NCBI GenBank assembly: GCA_902526005.1
Contig: CABZIW010000001.1
Coordinates: 196,511 to 260,510 of the forward strand
Direction of reading: 5' to 3'
Source of the DNA: an uncultured Pelagibacteraceae bacterium
GTDB lineage: Bacteria > Pseudomonadota > Alphaproteobacteria > Pelagibacterales > AG-422-B15
DNA length: 64,000 nucleotides
In this document: positions 51,701 through 61,957 of the stretch, in pieces
How the letters are laid out: every line of letters begins with the position of its first letter
How positions within the stretch are numbered: the stretch's first letter is position 1
The notes under the pieces: model-generated
What the model was told of the DNA's origin: nothing
The model's database searches: none
What the model saw: the letters and a program-made list of their open reading frames with translations, nothing else
Translations under genes and position numbers: made by a program

Positions 51701-52412
51701 GAATTTAGATATAGAGTTTAAATCAAAGCTAGATAAAAATAATTATAATTATTCATATCAACCTGTTCTTCATTTTAACTATGTTAAAAATAAGATAATT
51801 AATTCTGAGAACAAAATATTTATCATTGCATCGATACAAGCTGTAAAATCAATACGCTTACAAAGAAATGAATATTTTAGTTTGATTAAAGATGCTCAAT
51901 TATTTGTTATTGGAAAAAAAGTAAAAGAAGCATTGGTGAAGTTGGGTGTCAACAATATTATTAAGACATTTGACACAACAACATCACTATTAAAATTCAT
52001 TCAAAAAAATAATTTTTATAAAAAAATCAAATTTGAATATTTGTGCGGCTCAGTTGTAAATGATGAATTTATTAATCAGATGAAAATGAAAAAATTCACA
52101 CTCAGGAAAAAGATTGTTTATGAGGTTATACCGGCGGCCCAACTCTTAGAAAGAACTAAAGCCGTCATTAGAAATGGTAATATAAAAGTAATTGTATTTT
52201 ACTCAGTTTATTCAGCTAAGATTTTTTTGAAACTTCTAAGAAAATATGGTCTTTTGTCATCAATAAGCAGGGATGTTAGAATTCTGTGTTTTAGCAAGAG
52301 AATCTTAAATCACTTATCCAGTGGCAAATTCCTGCCCAACAAAAAAATTCATGCAATAAAAAAGCCTAAATCTGAGTTATTATTTCAATATATAAAAAAA
52401 ACTCTAAATTAA
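51678..52412 (+). CDS. hemD: Uroporphyrinogen-III synthase (divergent)
   Basis: MILIIR start, S..AV, FVIG, IVYE, FYS..SA, CFSKRI; follows hemC. Confidence 0.75.
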   Translation: MILIIRHRNLDIEFKSKLDKNNYNYSYQPVLHFNYVKNKIINSENKIFIIASIQAVKSIRLQRNEYFSLIKDAQLFVIGKKVKEALVKLGVNNIIKTFDTTTSLLKFIQKNNFYKKIKFEYLCGSVVNDEFINQMKMKKFTLRKKIVYEVIPAAQLLERTKAVIRNGNIKVIVFYSVYSAKIFLKLLRKYGLLSSISRDVRILCFSKRILNHLSSGKFLPNKKIHAIKKPKSELLFQYIKKTLN

Positions 52413-52651
52413 TGATGACCTGTTGTAAAAAAGGTTGAAATTAGGATGTTTTTTATCAAATCAGACTTGTTGCATAAATGTACCATTTTATATCTAAAGG
52501 TAGAAAATAACTCTTTTAAACATTTGACTAATTTTAAATATTTCAGTTAAATACAAGCATTCTGTAATGTTGCAACTGTGACATTATTATATTTAAGAAT
52601 TAATAATAGAGTGATCGTGCTCAATTATGAATTTGAAACAGGGGAGAAGAT

Positions 52652-55600
52652 ATGAGTTTTAAATTTCTAAAATATGTTGCCGCAAGTTTATTCTTGATGG
52701 CAGGTTTCTCAGTTAGCACTCATGCTGCTGAAATTAATCAAGGTGCTTTCTCAGGAAACATTAACACAACGGTGTCATCTGGTTTTTCAATGCGTGTTCA
52801 AGAGCGTGATTGTATGATGATTGATGGTACAAAATATTCAGAAGCTGAAACGACTGATGCTGCAGTAATAGCTGGAATTATTTCAGGTAGAGGTGCTTCT
52901 TCAAATCTTAATCAGGTTGTATCAGGTTCAGGTGGTGGATGCGGTGGAGTCAGAACTGATGATTTTGGAAATACAACATCTAAGTATTTAGATGTATATG
53001 GTAACCAAGTAAACAATGGAAATTTAAACTATGATAGCGGTGATATCTTTAGTGCGACTCAAAAAATTTATAGTGAAATTGATGGAAGAATAAATGGTAC
53101 AACTGGTCTAAGATTATCGTTTACTGGATCATACAACCCAGCGTTGGATATAAGCTCCCCTATATTCCAGCAATTAAATTCTGAAGCAACAGATGCTTTT
53201 GAAAGCGATTTCACTCTTCTCGATGCATATATAACTGAGTCATTTGAAGTTGGTAACACCTTCGTTGATGTTCAAATTGGACGTTTCGTTACAAGTTGGG
53301 GTGAAGCTACTTTCTTGCCAATTGGTATGAATGGTTTGGTTACAAACTCTCTTGATTTATCAAAATTAAGATCACCAGGATCAGGTGTGAAAGAAGCTCT
53401 TATGCCAACCGAAACAATTTCAGTTGCTTTAGGGCTTGAAGATGGTTCTGGTTTAGAGATTTATTATCAACATGGATCTGATCGTGTTGGTTTAGATGCA
53501 AGTGGAACATATTTTGGCAGTGAAACTTTTGGTGCTGGAGCCAGAGGATTGCTTGCAACTGGTCCGAATTATAGAGAAAGAATGTCACCTGAAGCTTGTC
53601 CACACATGATGGTTGGATCGGTAGCATCTGCTGCTGCTGGTTACGCCCCTGGTGCAGGTCTTGCTTGTACTCAGGCAAATGCAGAAGCTCAATCACAACA
53701 TACAACAAACTACGCAAGATATTTTACTAATGATCTGGTTATTCGTGGTTTCAAGGATATGGATGTGCAAGGATGGACTTTAGCTCGTTTAGCTGCTGCT
53801 GGTCATGAATTTACAGCAAACCAAGATGCTCTTACAGCCCCTGGTTTTAACGGTTTGACTGATGCGGGCAGTGCGAATCACGTAGCGTCAGGATCGTCAG
53901 CTGCTGCAGTTGAAGCGGCTATGAATGATCTTGAGGACGCAAGATATAATATGGCGGGTACTGTTGATTTGTTTGCAAGCTCTGCTGGGCTTTATAAAGA
54001 TCCATCTGACAGTGGCCAATGGGGTATCAGATACAATAAGTATGTAGATACTATTGGTTCTGGTGTTGATTTTGGTCTTTACTTTGCAAATTACCATTCA
54101 AAGCTTCCATACATTCAATTTAGTATGCCAGGAAACATTTTTGCTGGTGATGCTTTAGGCGCCTATCTTTTAGCAATAGCTGATATTAGCGGAAATGATG
54201 CTATGGGTTTAAAGGGTGCAACATACAATCTAGCCGGTACGCAACTAGTTCACCAAGCTCTATCGAATGCTGCCATGACAAGTGCATTGTGTAGCGCAGT
54301 TTTGAAATCGAGTTTAAGAGGTGTTGTTCAAACATCAGGTGGAGCTAACTACGCAACTGGTAATGCAAGGCAATCAGAAAGAGACAACTTGATGATCCAA
54401 GCTTTCTTCACAGATGAGTTTGCAAATGGTGACCGTGCTCATGATGCATCTGAGTGTTTCGCAATGGTTGGAACTCTTGCTGCCGCAGCAGGAGCTGCTG
54501 CTGAATTAGAGACTCCTGGAACAGGTGCAGCGACGGAGGCTGCAACTGCAGCGACTCTGCATGGGGCTTTATTAGGGACTGGTGCAAGATTGTTTGCAGC
54601 AGTGACGCCAATTAACATGATTACTTATCAAGGTATCTTCCCAGAAGATAATAAAATCTTCTCTGGAAGTTTCAGTACGAATGTTGGTTCAACAACTGTA
54701 CAAGGTGAACTTGCATTTAGACCGGACTTCCCACTTGCAACAGACGCAGGTGATCAGATTGCTCAGTTAAATGACAAAAACGGTGCACACGATGCACTTA
54801 ACTTTGTTGCGATAGCTGGCGCTGATGCTGCTGCTGCTACAGAACTCCTTGGTTCAGTAGGAACGGGTGACTTCTTAGCATTTACTGCTACTACAGCTCA
54901 AACAACGGCTGGTTTAGATGCAGATGCGTATTATACACTTGTTGCTAATTATGAGAGATCTACATTAGGTTCTGTATGGGACGCAAATGGCAACCCAACA
55001 ACAGACCTAACGAGCAGGTACTATTCAAAAGCATTTATTGAGTATGATACTTGGAGTGGATCACTTGGAACGACAACATCATTCCAAGCATCACACCCTA
55101 TTACTCAAGGTCTTGGTGCTGATAGTGCCGCATTCCTGACTGAGATTGGATTTGTTGCCGTACCTGACATGGACAATACCGCTAATGGTTATGTTGCAAG
55201 AGGTGGTGCTAATGAAAATCCATCTAATGGTGCTGCCAAATGTTTAGGTGCAGTTGGAACAAGCTATGAAGGCTTGTCTGCAGCTAGTGCGGGAATCACT
55301 AATCTTGGTGCTGGTATTGTTGATGCATTATTTGGTAATGGTGGTTACTGTGAAGCTGAACCTGGTGCTGATGATATGGCAATGACTTACAGACTCATTG
55401 GAACGGCAACATACAGTAATTTCATGAATTCACCTTGGACACTTTCTCCAAATTTTGCGTGGTCGCATGACTTTAGAGGAAACGCTCCATCTTCATTAGG
55501 TGGTTTCGTTGAAGATAGAATGACACTTTCTTTAGGTGCTTCATTATCAAGAGGTGGTACCTCAGTATCTGGATCATACATTAACTATATAGATGATCTT

Positions 55601-55660
55601 GAGGTTCACTCATCTGGAGATAAAGACTATCTATCTCTATCAATCTCACACTCATTTTAA
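52652..55660 (+). CDS. DUF1302-family outer-membrane protein, unusually long (1002 aa)
   Basis: Signal peptide; NGNLNYD.GD, LLDAY, GR...SWGE, NSLDLSKLRSPG..VKE.L.P, DSGQWG, YFANYHSKLP, FPED, GELAFRP, C-terminal DKDYLSLSISHSF; strong SD GGGGAG. Confidence 0.85.
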   Translation: MSFKFLKYVAASLFLMAGFSVSTHAAEINQGAFSGNINTTVSSGFSMRVQERDCMMIDGTKYSEAETTDAAVIAGIISGRGASSNLNQVVSGSGGGCGGVRTDDFGNTTSKYLDVYGNQVNNGNLNYDSGDIFSATQKIYSEIDGRINGTTGLRLSFTGSYNPALDISSPIFQQLNSEATDAFESDFTLLDAYITESFEVGNTFVDVQIGRFVTSWGEATFLPIGMNGLVTNSLDLSKLRSPGSGVKEALMPTETISVALGLEDGSGLEIYYQHGSDRVGLDASGTYFGSETFGAGARGLLATGPNYRERMSPEACPHMMVGSVASAAAGYAPGAGLACTQANAEAQSQHTTNYARYFTNDLVIRGFKDMDVQGWTLARLAAAGHEFTANQDALTAPGFNGLTDAGSANHVASGSSAAAVEAAMNDLEDARYNMAGTVDLFASSAGLYKDPSDSGQWGIRYNKYVDTIGSGVDFGLYFANYHSKLPYIQFSMPGNIFAGDALGAYLLAIADISGNDAMGLKGATYNLAGTQLVHQALSNAAMTSALCSAVLKSSLRGVVQTSGGANYATGNARQSERDNLMIQAFFTDEFANGDRAHDASECFAMVGTLAAAAGAAAELETPGTGAATEAATAATLHGALLGTGARLFAAVTPINMITYQGIFPEDNKIFSGSFSTNVGSTTVQGELAFRPDFPLATDAGDQIAQLNDKNGAHDALNFVAIAGADAAAATELLGSVGTGDFLAFTATTAQTTAGLDADAYYTLVANYERSTLGSVWDANGNPTTDLTSRYYSKAFIEYDTWSGSLGTTTSFQASHPITQGLGADSAAFLTEIGFVAVPDMDNTANGYVARGGANENPSNGAAKCLGAVGTSYEGLSAASAGITNLGAGIVDALFGNGGYCEAEPGADDMAMTYRLIGTATYSNFMNSPWTLSPNFAWSHDFRGNAPSSLGGFVEDRMTLSLGASLSRGGTSVSGSYINYIDDLEVHSSGDKDYLSLSISHSF

Positions 55661-55678
55661 TTTAGGGAGAGGAAACAA

Positions 55679-56896
55679 ATGAATAAAATGAATATAAAAA
55701 ACCTAATTATATCTGTTGTTTTAGCTTTAGGCTTTACAGTGACAACTTCTGTTGCTGATGGACATAAGTATACAGTGGATAGTTCAAACTATACTGAATA
55801 TACGGATATGTTGTCACCTGGTCAGATTACTATGTTTTCTGCCTATCCTGATACATACAAAATTCATGTATACGATAACAGCGGTGCATGTCAGATACCG
55901 CCTGAGATTAAAGCTATATCTCAAACAAATGGTACACTGATAAATGATAACGAAGGTTTTGAAGTTGCTAATATGGGTCAAGTTCCTTTCCCAAACCCTA
56001 CAGAAGCTCAACACTTTATTTGGAACATGAGATTGAATTCAAGTTTAGTATCATCAGTTTTCCGTGTTGCTACATCAACTAATGTACAAGCTGATGGATC
56101 AATTATCATTGGTCAACAAGAAACTAACATTGTGTTCCCAAGAAACCCGAATACAGTTTCTCAATATGCGGACAAAAACATTTACGCTATGTTTATGCAG
56201 AAAAACCTTGGACCACCAAGATCCGCAGGAACAACTACTCTTGTGCATGACTTTATTGACAGTTACGTGCAACCTCGTAAAGCTTGGCAGTATAACCCCG
56301 CAACTAGACGTGTAAGAAGAGCACCTGACATTACTTATGACACGGTCCTTCTAGCTGGTGGCGGTATTGTTGTTGTTGACCAGTATGGTGGATTTAATGG
56401 AGCTCAAGACAAGTACGATTGGACTTATGAAGGCGTTAAGAAAATGATCGTGCCTGCAGCTAACGAAGCACTTGCTGAAAATGCAATTGAAACAACTCAT
56501 TCTCAGTTTCACTTAAATCCTGATTACGTTAGGTATGAGGAAAGAGATGTTCACGTTGTTCACGCTCAGTTAAAACCTGGCCAAAGACATCTTTATGCTT
56601 CTAGAACTTTCTATGTAATGGATGACGATTTCTACAATCTATCTATTATGGATGCCTATGATGATAATCAAGAACTCATGAGACACCAAATTGGAACAAT
56701 GGTTAGAGGTATTGAAGGTACAGAGGCTGATGAGTGTAACATTCAAGGCGAATTTACTTTCGACTTTGCAACAAGAACTTATACTGGTAATAACCAGTTA
56801 GGTTCTGGTTTCAGTACAGTACCAACTATCTATAATGGTGAAGAAAAGCCAGCGAGCTTCTTTACTCCTGATGGTCTAAGACGATACGCAAGGTAA
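55679..56896 (+). CDS. DUF1329-family periplasmic protein
   Basis: Signal peptide; VPFPNP, RKAWQYNPATRRVRRAP, FNGA.DKYDW, RYE.R.V.VV...LKPG.RH.Y..R..Y, FTP..LR. Confidence 0.9.
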   Translation: MNKMNIKNLIISVVLALGFTVTTSVADGHKYTVDSSNYTEYTDMLSPGQITMFSAYPDTYKIHVYDNSGACQIPPEIKAISQTNGTLINDNEGFEVANMGQVPFPNPTEAQHFIWNMRLNSSLVSSVFRVATSTNVQADGSIIIGQQETNIVFPRNPNTVSQYADKNIYAMFMQKNLGPPRSAGTTTLVHDFIDSYVQPRKAWQYNPATRRVRRAPDITYDTVLLAGGGIVVVDQYGGFNGAQDKYDWTYEGVKKMIVPAANEALAENAIETTHSQFHLNPDYVRYEERDVHVVHAQLKPGQRHLYASRTFYVMDDDFYNLSIMDAYDDNQELMRHQIGTMVRGIEGTEADECNIQGEFTFDFATRTYTGNNQLGSGFSTVPTIYNGEEKPASFFTPDGLRRYAR

Positions 56897-56925
56897 TAAT
56901 CTAAATTTATTTAACCTTTCTTATT

Positions 56926-56965
56926 TAAAACCCGGCTTGAAATCTTTAAGTCGGGTTTTATTTTT
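56926..56965 (+). terminator. Intrinsic terminator/attenuator between DUF1329 and YCF48 genes
   Basis: TAAAACCCGGCTTGAA-ATC-TTTAAGTCGGGTTTTA followed by TTTTT. Confidence 0.85.
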
Positions 56966-56972
56966 AGTAACT

Positions 56973-58103
56973 ATGAAACTTAGAATTTTTATAACACTAT
57001 TTTGTTGCTTATTTTTATTTAAAAATGCTTTGGCTATCCAATTTAATTATGGTACCGAGTTTGCAGCTCAATCCCCCAACGCGCACAAAGCTTTAATTAA
57101 TGCACTTGAAAAATCTGGTGATAGAATTTTTGGTGTAGGAGTGCATGGGATCATTGTTTATTCAGATGATGAGGGCGAAACATGGACACAAGCTGAAACA
57201 GTGCCATTTACAAAAACATTAACCGATATTAGTTGTCCAAGCCAGAATAAGTGCTGGGCTGTAGGTCATGATGCTACAATTTTACATTCTTTCAACGGTG
57301 GTAAATCTTGGGAAATCCAATACCAAGATGTAGATTTCGATGCACCTTTTTTGTCTATTCATATGTATGATGATTATGAAGGTGTCGCTATTGGTGCATT
57401 TGCCTTATCCCTTAGAACAGCAAATGGTGGCATAAGTTGGGATTATTTGTTTATTGATGATGACGAATTTCAACCGCACTTAAACTACACATATGGCGAC
57501 AACCAAGGATGGAGAAAGTCCGCTAAAGATGAAGGTTACGCTGTAGGTGAACTAGGCAAGTATTATGTCACTGACGATCGTGGACTAAACTGGCTTTCAA
57601 TTGAAACGGGTTATATTGGATCTTATTGGTCTGGTATAAAAGTTGATGAAGGACAGTCTCTTTTACTTGGAATGTCAGGGAATATCACTCTAGCCACATT
57701 ATATGACCTTAACGATACTATACCACCTGGCAAAGAAACTGCAGTTGCATGTTATGAATCTGGATATTACCGCGGTGATTGTAAAGTTTATGCTTTTGAC
57801 AATCTCTTTATTGGTACAAAAAATAGTCTTACAAATGCAAACTTACTGGATGATGGGAGAATAGTTCTAAGTGGCAATGGCGGTGTTATTTCAATTATTG
57901 ATATGATTAGAGAAAAAAATATTAAAACCTGTGTTCGTTCTGATCGCTTGAGCAACACTTCTGTAATTCCTATAGGCAGTGACGAGTTTCTTATCGCGGG
58001 GGAAAATGGAATGCGAAAGCATAGTATGAAGGAATGTTATCAAAACTTTGTTTCTGAGACCTCAACCTCACAAGATGCATTCTATGAAATTAGTATAAAT
58101 TAA
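56973..58103 (+). CDS. YCF48-like/BNR-repeat beta-propeller protein
   Basis: Signal peptide; VG.HG.I.YSDDEGETW, WAVGHDATILHS.NGGKSW, RT.NGG.SW, TDDRGLNW Asp-boxes; ATG 56973 preferred. Confidence 0.88.
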   Translation: MKLRIFITLFCCLFLFKNALAIQFNYGTEFAAQSPNAHKALINALEKSGDRIFGVGVHGIIVYSDDEGETWTQAETVPFTKTLTDISCPSQNKCWAVGHDATILHSFNGGKSWEIQYQDVDFDAPFLSIHMYDDYEGVAIGAFALSLRTANGGISWDYLFIDDDEFQPHLNYTYGDNQGWRKSAKDEGYAVGELGKYYVTDDRGLNWLSIETGYIGSYWSGIKVDEGQSLLLGMSGNITLATLYDLNDTIPPGKETAVACYESGYYRGDCKVYAFDNLFIGTKNSLTNANLLDDGRIVLSGNGGVISIIDMIREKNIKTCVRSDRLSNTSVIPIGSDEFLIAGENGMRKHSMKECYQNFVSETSTSQDAFYEISIN

Positions 58104-58873
58104 TGTCTCGCGTTGAAGGTAAGGTTGCGATAATAACTGGAGCAGCCTCTGGACTTGGCTATGCTGCTGCAATTAAGTTAATGAGTGAAGGCGCTAAAGT
58201 CATGCTCTCAGACATCAATGAGGAGATGCTGAGCACAATGCCTGAGAGACTCAAGGATTTCAGCGAGACTCAATTTGGCACATTCGTTCATGATGTTACA
58301 AACGAGCAGGCTTGGATCGATTTAATAGAAAAAACAGAAAATGAATTTGGTAAAATCAATATTCTTATTAACAGTGCTGGGATTTCACTCGGCGCTGATA
58401 TTGTTTCAACTGAATTTGATGTATGGAAAAAAGTTCATCAGGTAAACTTAGATAGTGTCTTTTTGGGATGTAAATATGCTATTCCAGTAATGAGTAAATC
58501 TGGACAAGGTTCAATTATAAACATTTCATCTATTTCTGGAATTGTTGCCGGTTGGAATACAGCTGCTTATAATTCCTCAAAAGCAGGTGTTCGCTTATTG
58601 AGTAAATCAGTAGCATTGTATTGCGCTAAAAAAGGATACGATGTTCGCTGCAATTCAGTTCATCCGGCATTTGTAAATACACCAATTCTCGATCCAATAA
58701 AGCAAGCATTTGGTGCTGAAGAAGCAGTAGCGAAGCTGTCTCGTCAAATACCAATGAACAAAATTGGTGATACTGATGATGTTTCTTACGCAATTTTATA
58801 CTTAGCCTCAGATGAATCGAAATTTATGACAGGGACAGAAATTGTTCTTGATGGCGGTCTCAGCGCAATGTAA
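58103..58873 (+). CDS. Short-chain dehydrogenase/reductase (cyclopentanol/hydroxysteroid dehydrogenase-like)
   Basis: TGAASGLG, DVT.E..W, NSAG, SS, YNSSK, RCNSVHP. Confidence 0.9.
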   Translation: MSRVEGKVAIITGAASGLGYAAAIKLMSEGAKVMLSDINEEMLSTMPERLKDFSETQFGTFVHDVTNEQAWIDLIEKTENEFGKINILINSAGISLGADIVSTEFDVWKKVHQVNLDSVFLGCKYAIPVMSKSGQGSIINISSISGIVAGWNTAAYNSSKAGVRLLSKSVALYCAKKGYDVRCNSVHPAFVNTPILDPIKQAFGAEEAVAKLSRQIPMNKIGDTDDVSYAILYLASDESKFMTGTEIVLDGGLSAM

Positions 58874-58889
58874 CTTCGTTCCTGTAACG

Positions 58890-59585
58890 ATGAAGTCAAA
58901 AAAAGCATTAATGATTGTCCACCAGCCTCGATCGAGCACAGGTGACGTAGGATTAAAATTACGTGACAGAGGTTATGAATTGGATGTTCGCCGTCCAGTC
59001 ATTGGTGAAAAACTACCCGACTCAATGAACGACCATGATGTTGCAGTCATTTATGGCGGGCCACCAAGTGCCAATGATAATTTAGATTATATCAAACTTG
59101 AAATCGATTGGATCACAGTTGCTTTAGAGTCAAAAAAACCTCTGCTTGGTATATGTCTTGGAGCTCAGATGCTTGCAAAAAACTTAGGTGGGACCGTCCA
59201 GCGTGCCAAGGATCAACAATTTGAAATTGGATTTTATGACTTACAGCCAACTGGAGACGGTCATAAAATATTTCAAAATCAAAAAACATTTTTTCAATGG
59301 CATAAAGAGGGGTTTAAGGTACCAAAAGACTGTGATGTTCTTGCTTATGGTGAAACTTTTCCACAGCAGGCATTTAAGTATGAGAATGCAGTGGGCATTC
59401 AATTCCACCCTGAAGTAAATCTTAAAATGCATTTGCGATGGCTGTATTATGCGGGTTATATGCTAAGAGAAAAAGGAGCTCAAAAACGTCAATATCAAAT
59501 GGATCAAAGACTTAGTCATGGTAAAAAAATCAATATGTGGTTAGACTCTTTTTTAGATAATTATTTTCTTATAGATAAATCATGA
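58890..59585 (+). CDS. Class I glutamine amidotransferase-like protein
   Basis: GGPPSAND, GICLGAQML, QWH.EGF, QFHPE (Cys-His-Glu triad); ATG 58890 preferred. Confidence 0.88.
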   Translation: MKSKKALMIVHQPRSSTGDVGLKLRDRGYELDVRRPVIGEKLPDSMNDHDVAVIYGGPPSANDNLDYIKLEIDWITVALESKKPLLGICLGAQMLAKNLGGTVQRAKDQQFEIGFYDLQPTGDGHKIFQNQKTFFQWHKEGFKVPKDCDVLAYGETFPQQAFKYENAVGIQFHPEVNLKMHLRWLYYAGYMLREKGAQKRQYQMDQRLSHGKKINMWLDSFLDNYFLIDKS

Positions 59586-59875
59586 ACTCACTAATAATCT
59601 TATTTGACCAAATTATTAACCTCTATACATGGGTGTTAATTATTAATGTTATATTCAGTTGGTTAATTGCGATGGGTATATTTAATACTCAGAATAGAAT
59701 TATCATTGCTATCTATTTTGGAACAAAGCGGTTAACAGATCCACTTCTTAACCCAATAAGAAATTTTCTTCCAAATCTAGGTGGGATTGATATATCGCCG
59801 GTAGTCCTAATTCTGATACTTTACTTTATAAGAAACTTACTTTACGAGTATTTCTATCTGGGAATTCCAATTTAA
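59582..59875 (+). CDS. yggT: YggT family membrane protein
   Basis: [24 protein letters not shown]; precedes folD. Confidence 0.92.
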   Translation: MNSLIILFDQIINLYTWVLIINVIFSWLIAMGIFNTQNRIIIAIYFGTKRLTDPLLNPIRNFLPNLGGIDISPVVLILILYFIRNLLYEYFYLGIPI

Positions 59876-59877
59876 TA

Positions 59878-60762
59878 ATGTCTGACTCAAAAATTATTGA
59901 TGGAAAAGTAATTGCAGCTGATCTTAGGGCTGAAACAGCTATTAAAGTTGAAGATTTTAAAAATAAATTTAATAAAACCCCGACCCTTGCTGTTGTACTT
60001 GTAGGTGAGGATCCAGCTAGCCAAGTTTATGTTAATACAAAGTCTAAAATGGCTAAAGAAATAGGAATGGATGTCGAGGATCACTTTCTCGATGCCACCG
60101 TATCTGAAGAAAAGCTTTTAGAATTGATTGATAAACTAAATAATGATCAAAAAGTAAATGGAATTCTTGTTCAATTACCACTTCCATCACACATTGACTC
60201 TAGGGCTATTATTGATGCTATTGATCCAGTAAAAGATGCTGACGGTTTTCATGCAATAAATGTTGGTAGAAATTCAATTGGAGGCGACTTGTTGGCCAAA
60301 ACCTTTACTCCCTGCACACCACTTGGATGTTATTTGATGCTTAAGAAAATTATTCCTGACTTGAAAGGAATGCATGCTGTAATCATTGGACGATCTAATA
60401 TTGTTGGCAAACCAATGGCTCAACTACTACTTGAAGAGTCATGTACGGTAACAATAGTACATTCTAAAACCAGAAATATTGAAGAAATTACTAAACAGGC
60501 TGATATTGTTGTTGCTGCAGTTGGACGTCCGTTAATGGTTAAAAAAGATTGGATTAAAGAAGGAGCTGTCGTGATTGATGTTGGTATTAATCGAGTAGAT
60601 CACCCAGATAAACCTGACAAAACAAAACTTGTTGGAGATGTTGATTACGACGATGTATTCAGTCTTGTGTCAGCAATTACACCCGTCCCAGGTGGTGTAG
60701 GTCCGATGACCATTGCATGTTTATTAAAAAATACGGTAGATGCTGCTTTTAGACAGCAGTAG
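59878..60762 (+). CDS. folD: Methylenetetrahydrofolate dehydrogenase/cyclohydrolase
   Basis: [44 protein letters not shown]. Confidence 0.98.
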   Translation: MSDSKIIDGKVIAADLRAETAIKVEDFKNKFNKTPTLAVVLVGEDPASQVYVNTKSKMAKEIGMDVEDHFLDATVSEEKLLELIDKLNNDQKVNGILVQLPLPSHIDSRAIIDAIDPVKDADGFHAINVGRNSIGGDLLAKTFTPCTPLGCYLMLKKIIPDLKGMHAVIIGRSNIVGKPMAQLLLEESCTVTIVHSKTRNIEEITKQADIVVAAVGRPLMVKKDWIKEGAVVIDVGINRVDHPDKPDKTKLVGDVDYDDVFSLVSAITPVPGGVGPMTIACLLKNTVDAAFRQQ

Positions 60763-60763
60763 C

Positions 60764-61957
60764 TTAATTTTTTTCTCTTAATCTTAGAGCGTTTAATTTT
60801 ATAAAGCCTTCAGCATCTTTTTGAGAATATACTTGATCGGACTCAAATGTTGCAAGATTTGGATTGTATAGGCTGAAAGATGACTCCCTTCCTGTAATCA
60901 TTGTATTACCTTTAAAGAGTTTAAGTCTTACTTTACCCTCCACTTTTTCTTGTGATTTATCAATCATTGACTGCATCATCTCTCGCTCAGGAGAGAACCA
61001 ATAGCCGTTATAGACCAGCTCGGCATATTTGGGTGCTAACTCATCTTTCATGTGTGCAGCTTCTTTATCGAGTGTAATGCTTTCAACAGCTCTGTGAGCG
61101 TGATAAAGAATAGTTCCACCAGGAGTTTCATAAATTCCTCTTGATTTCATGCCAATGTATCTATTCTCAACAAGATCAACTCGTCCAATTCCATGTTTTC
61201 CTCCAAGCTCATTAAGAGATTTTAATATTTCAAATGGTGTTAAAGCCTTTCCGTTGAGAGCGCAGGCATCTCCTCTCTTAAATTCAATTGTTATTTCTTC
61301 TGCTTTATCTGGTGCTTGTTCAGGTGAAACAGTTCTGGTGTAAACATAATCAGGAGCTTCGACCCATGGATCTTCAAGAACTTTTCCTTCTGCTGAAGAG
61401 TGCAAAATATTTTCATCAATGCTGAATGGTTGTTCCCCTCTTTTATCTTTTGCTATTTCAATCCCGTACTTATCAGCGTATTCAACAAGTGATGTTCTTG
61501 ATGATAAATCCCATTCTCTCCAAGGGCTGATTATTTTTATGTCAGGCTTATGATAATAGTAGCCTAGCTCAAATCTAATTTGATCATTTCCTTTTCCTGT
61601 TGCACCGTGGGATACCGCATCGGCTTTAATCTGATTTGCAATTTCTATCTGTTTTTTTGCAATTAGAGGTCTTGCGATAGAAGTACCGAGTAAGTAGTAG
61701 CCCTCATAAAGTGGATTAGCTCTAAACATTGGGAAGACATAATCACTCACAAACTCATCCTTAAGGTCTTCGATAAATATTTCTTCTGTTCCTTGCTTTT
61801 CAGCCTTTGCTTTTACTAAATCATAGTCTTCATCCTGACCTAGATTTGCTGTAAAAGTTGCCACTTCACATTGATAGGTTTCTTTTAGCCACCTCAAAAT
61901 GACTGACGTATCTAAACCGCCTGAGTATGCAAGAACAACTTTATTTATTTTATCCAT
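60764..61957 (-). CDS. argG: Argininosuccinate synthase
   Basis: [41 protein letters not shown]; ATG 61957 preferred. Confidence 0.98.
   Translation of the reverse strand: MDKINKVVLAYSGGLDTSVILRWLKETYQCEVATFTANLGQDEDYDLVKAKAEKQGTEEIFIEDLKDEFVSDYVFPMFRANPLYEGYYLLGTSIARPLIAKKQIEIANQIKADAVSHGATGKGNDQIRFELGYYYHKPDIKIISPWREWDLSSRTSLVEYADKYGIEIAKDKRGEQPFSIDENILHSSAEGKVLEDPWVEAPDYVYTRTVSPEQAPDKAEEITIEFKRGDACALNGKALTPFEILKSLNELGGKHGIGRVDLVENRYIGMKSRGIYETPGGTILYHAHRAVESITLDKEAAHMKDELAPKYAELVYNGYWFSPEREMMQSMIDKSQEKVEGKVRLKLFKGNTMITGRESSFSLYNPNLATFESDQVYSQKDAEGFIKLNALRLREKN

Noticed and set aside
52652-56896. Higher GC as evidence of recent horizontal transfer
   Set aside because: Explained by Ala/Gly-rich composition; third positions remain T/A-rich as in the native porin, and there are no mobility genes.
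56937-56972. Upstream TTG start for the YCF48 gene
   Set aside because: Lies within the terminator hairpin; ATG 56973 gives a clean signal peptide.
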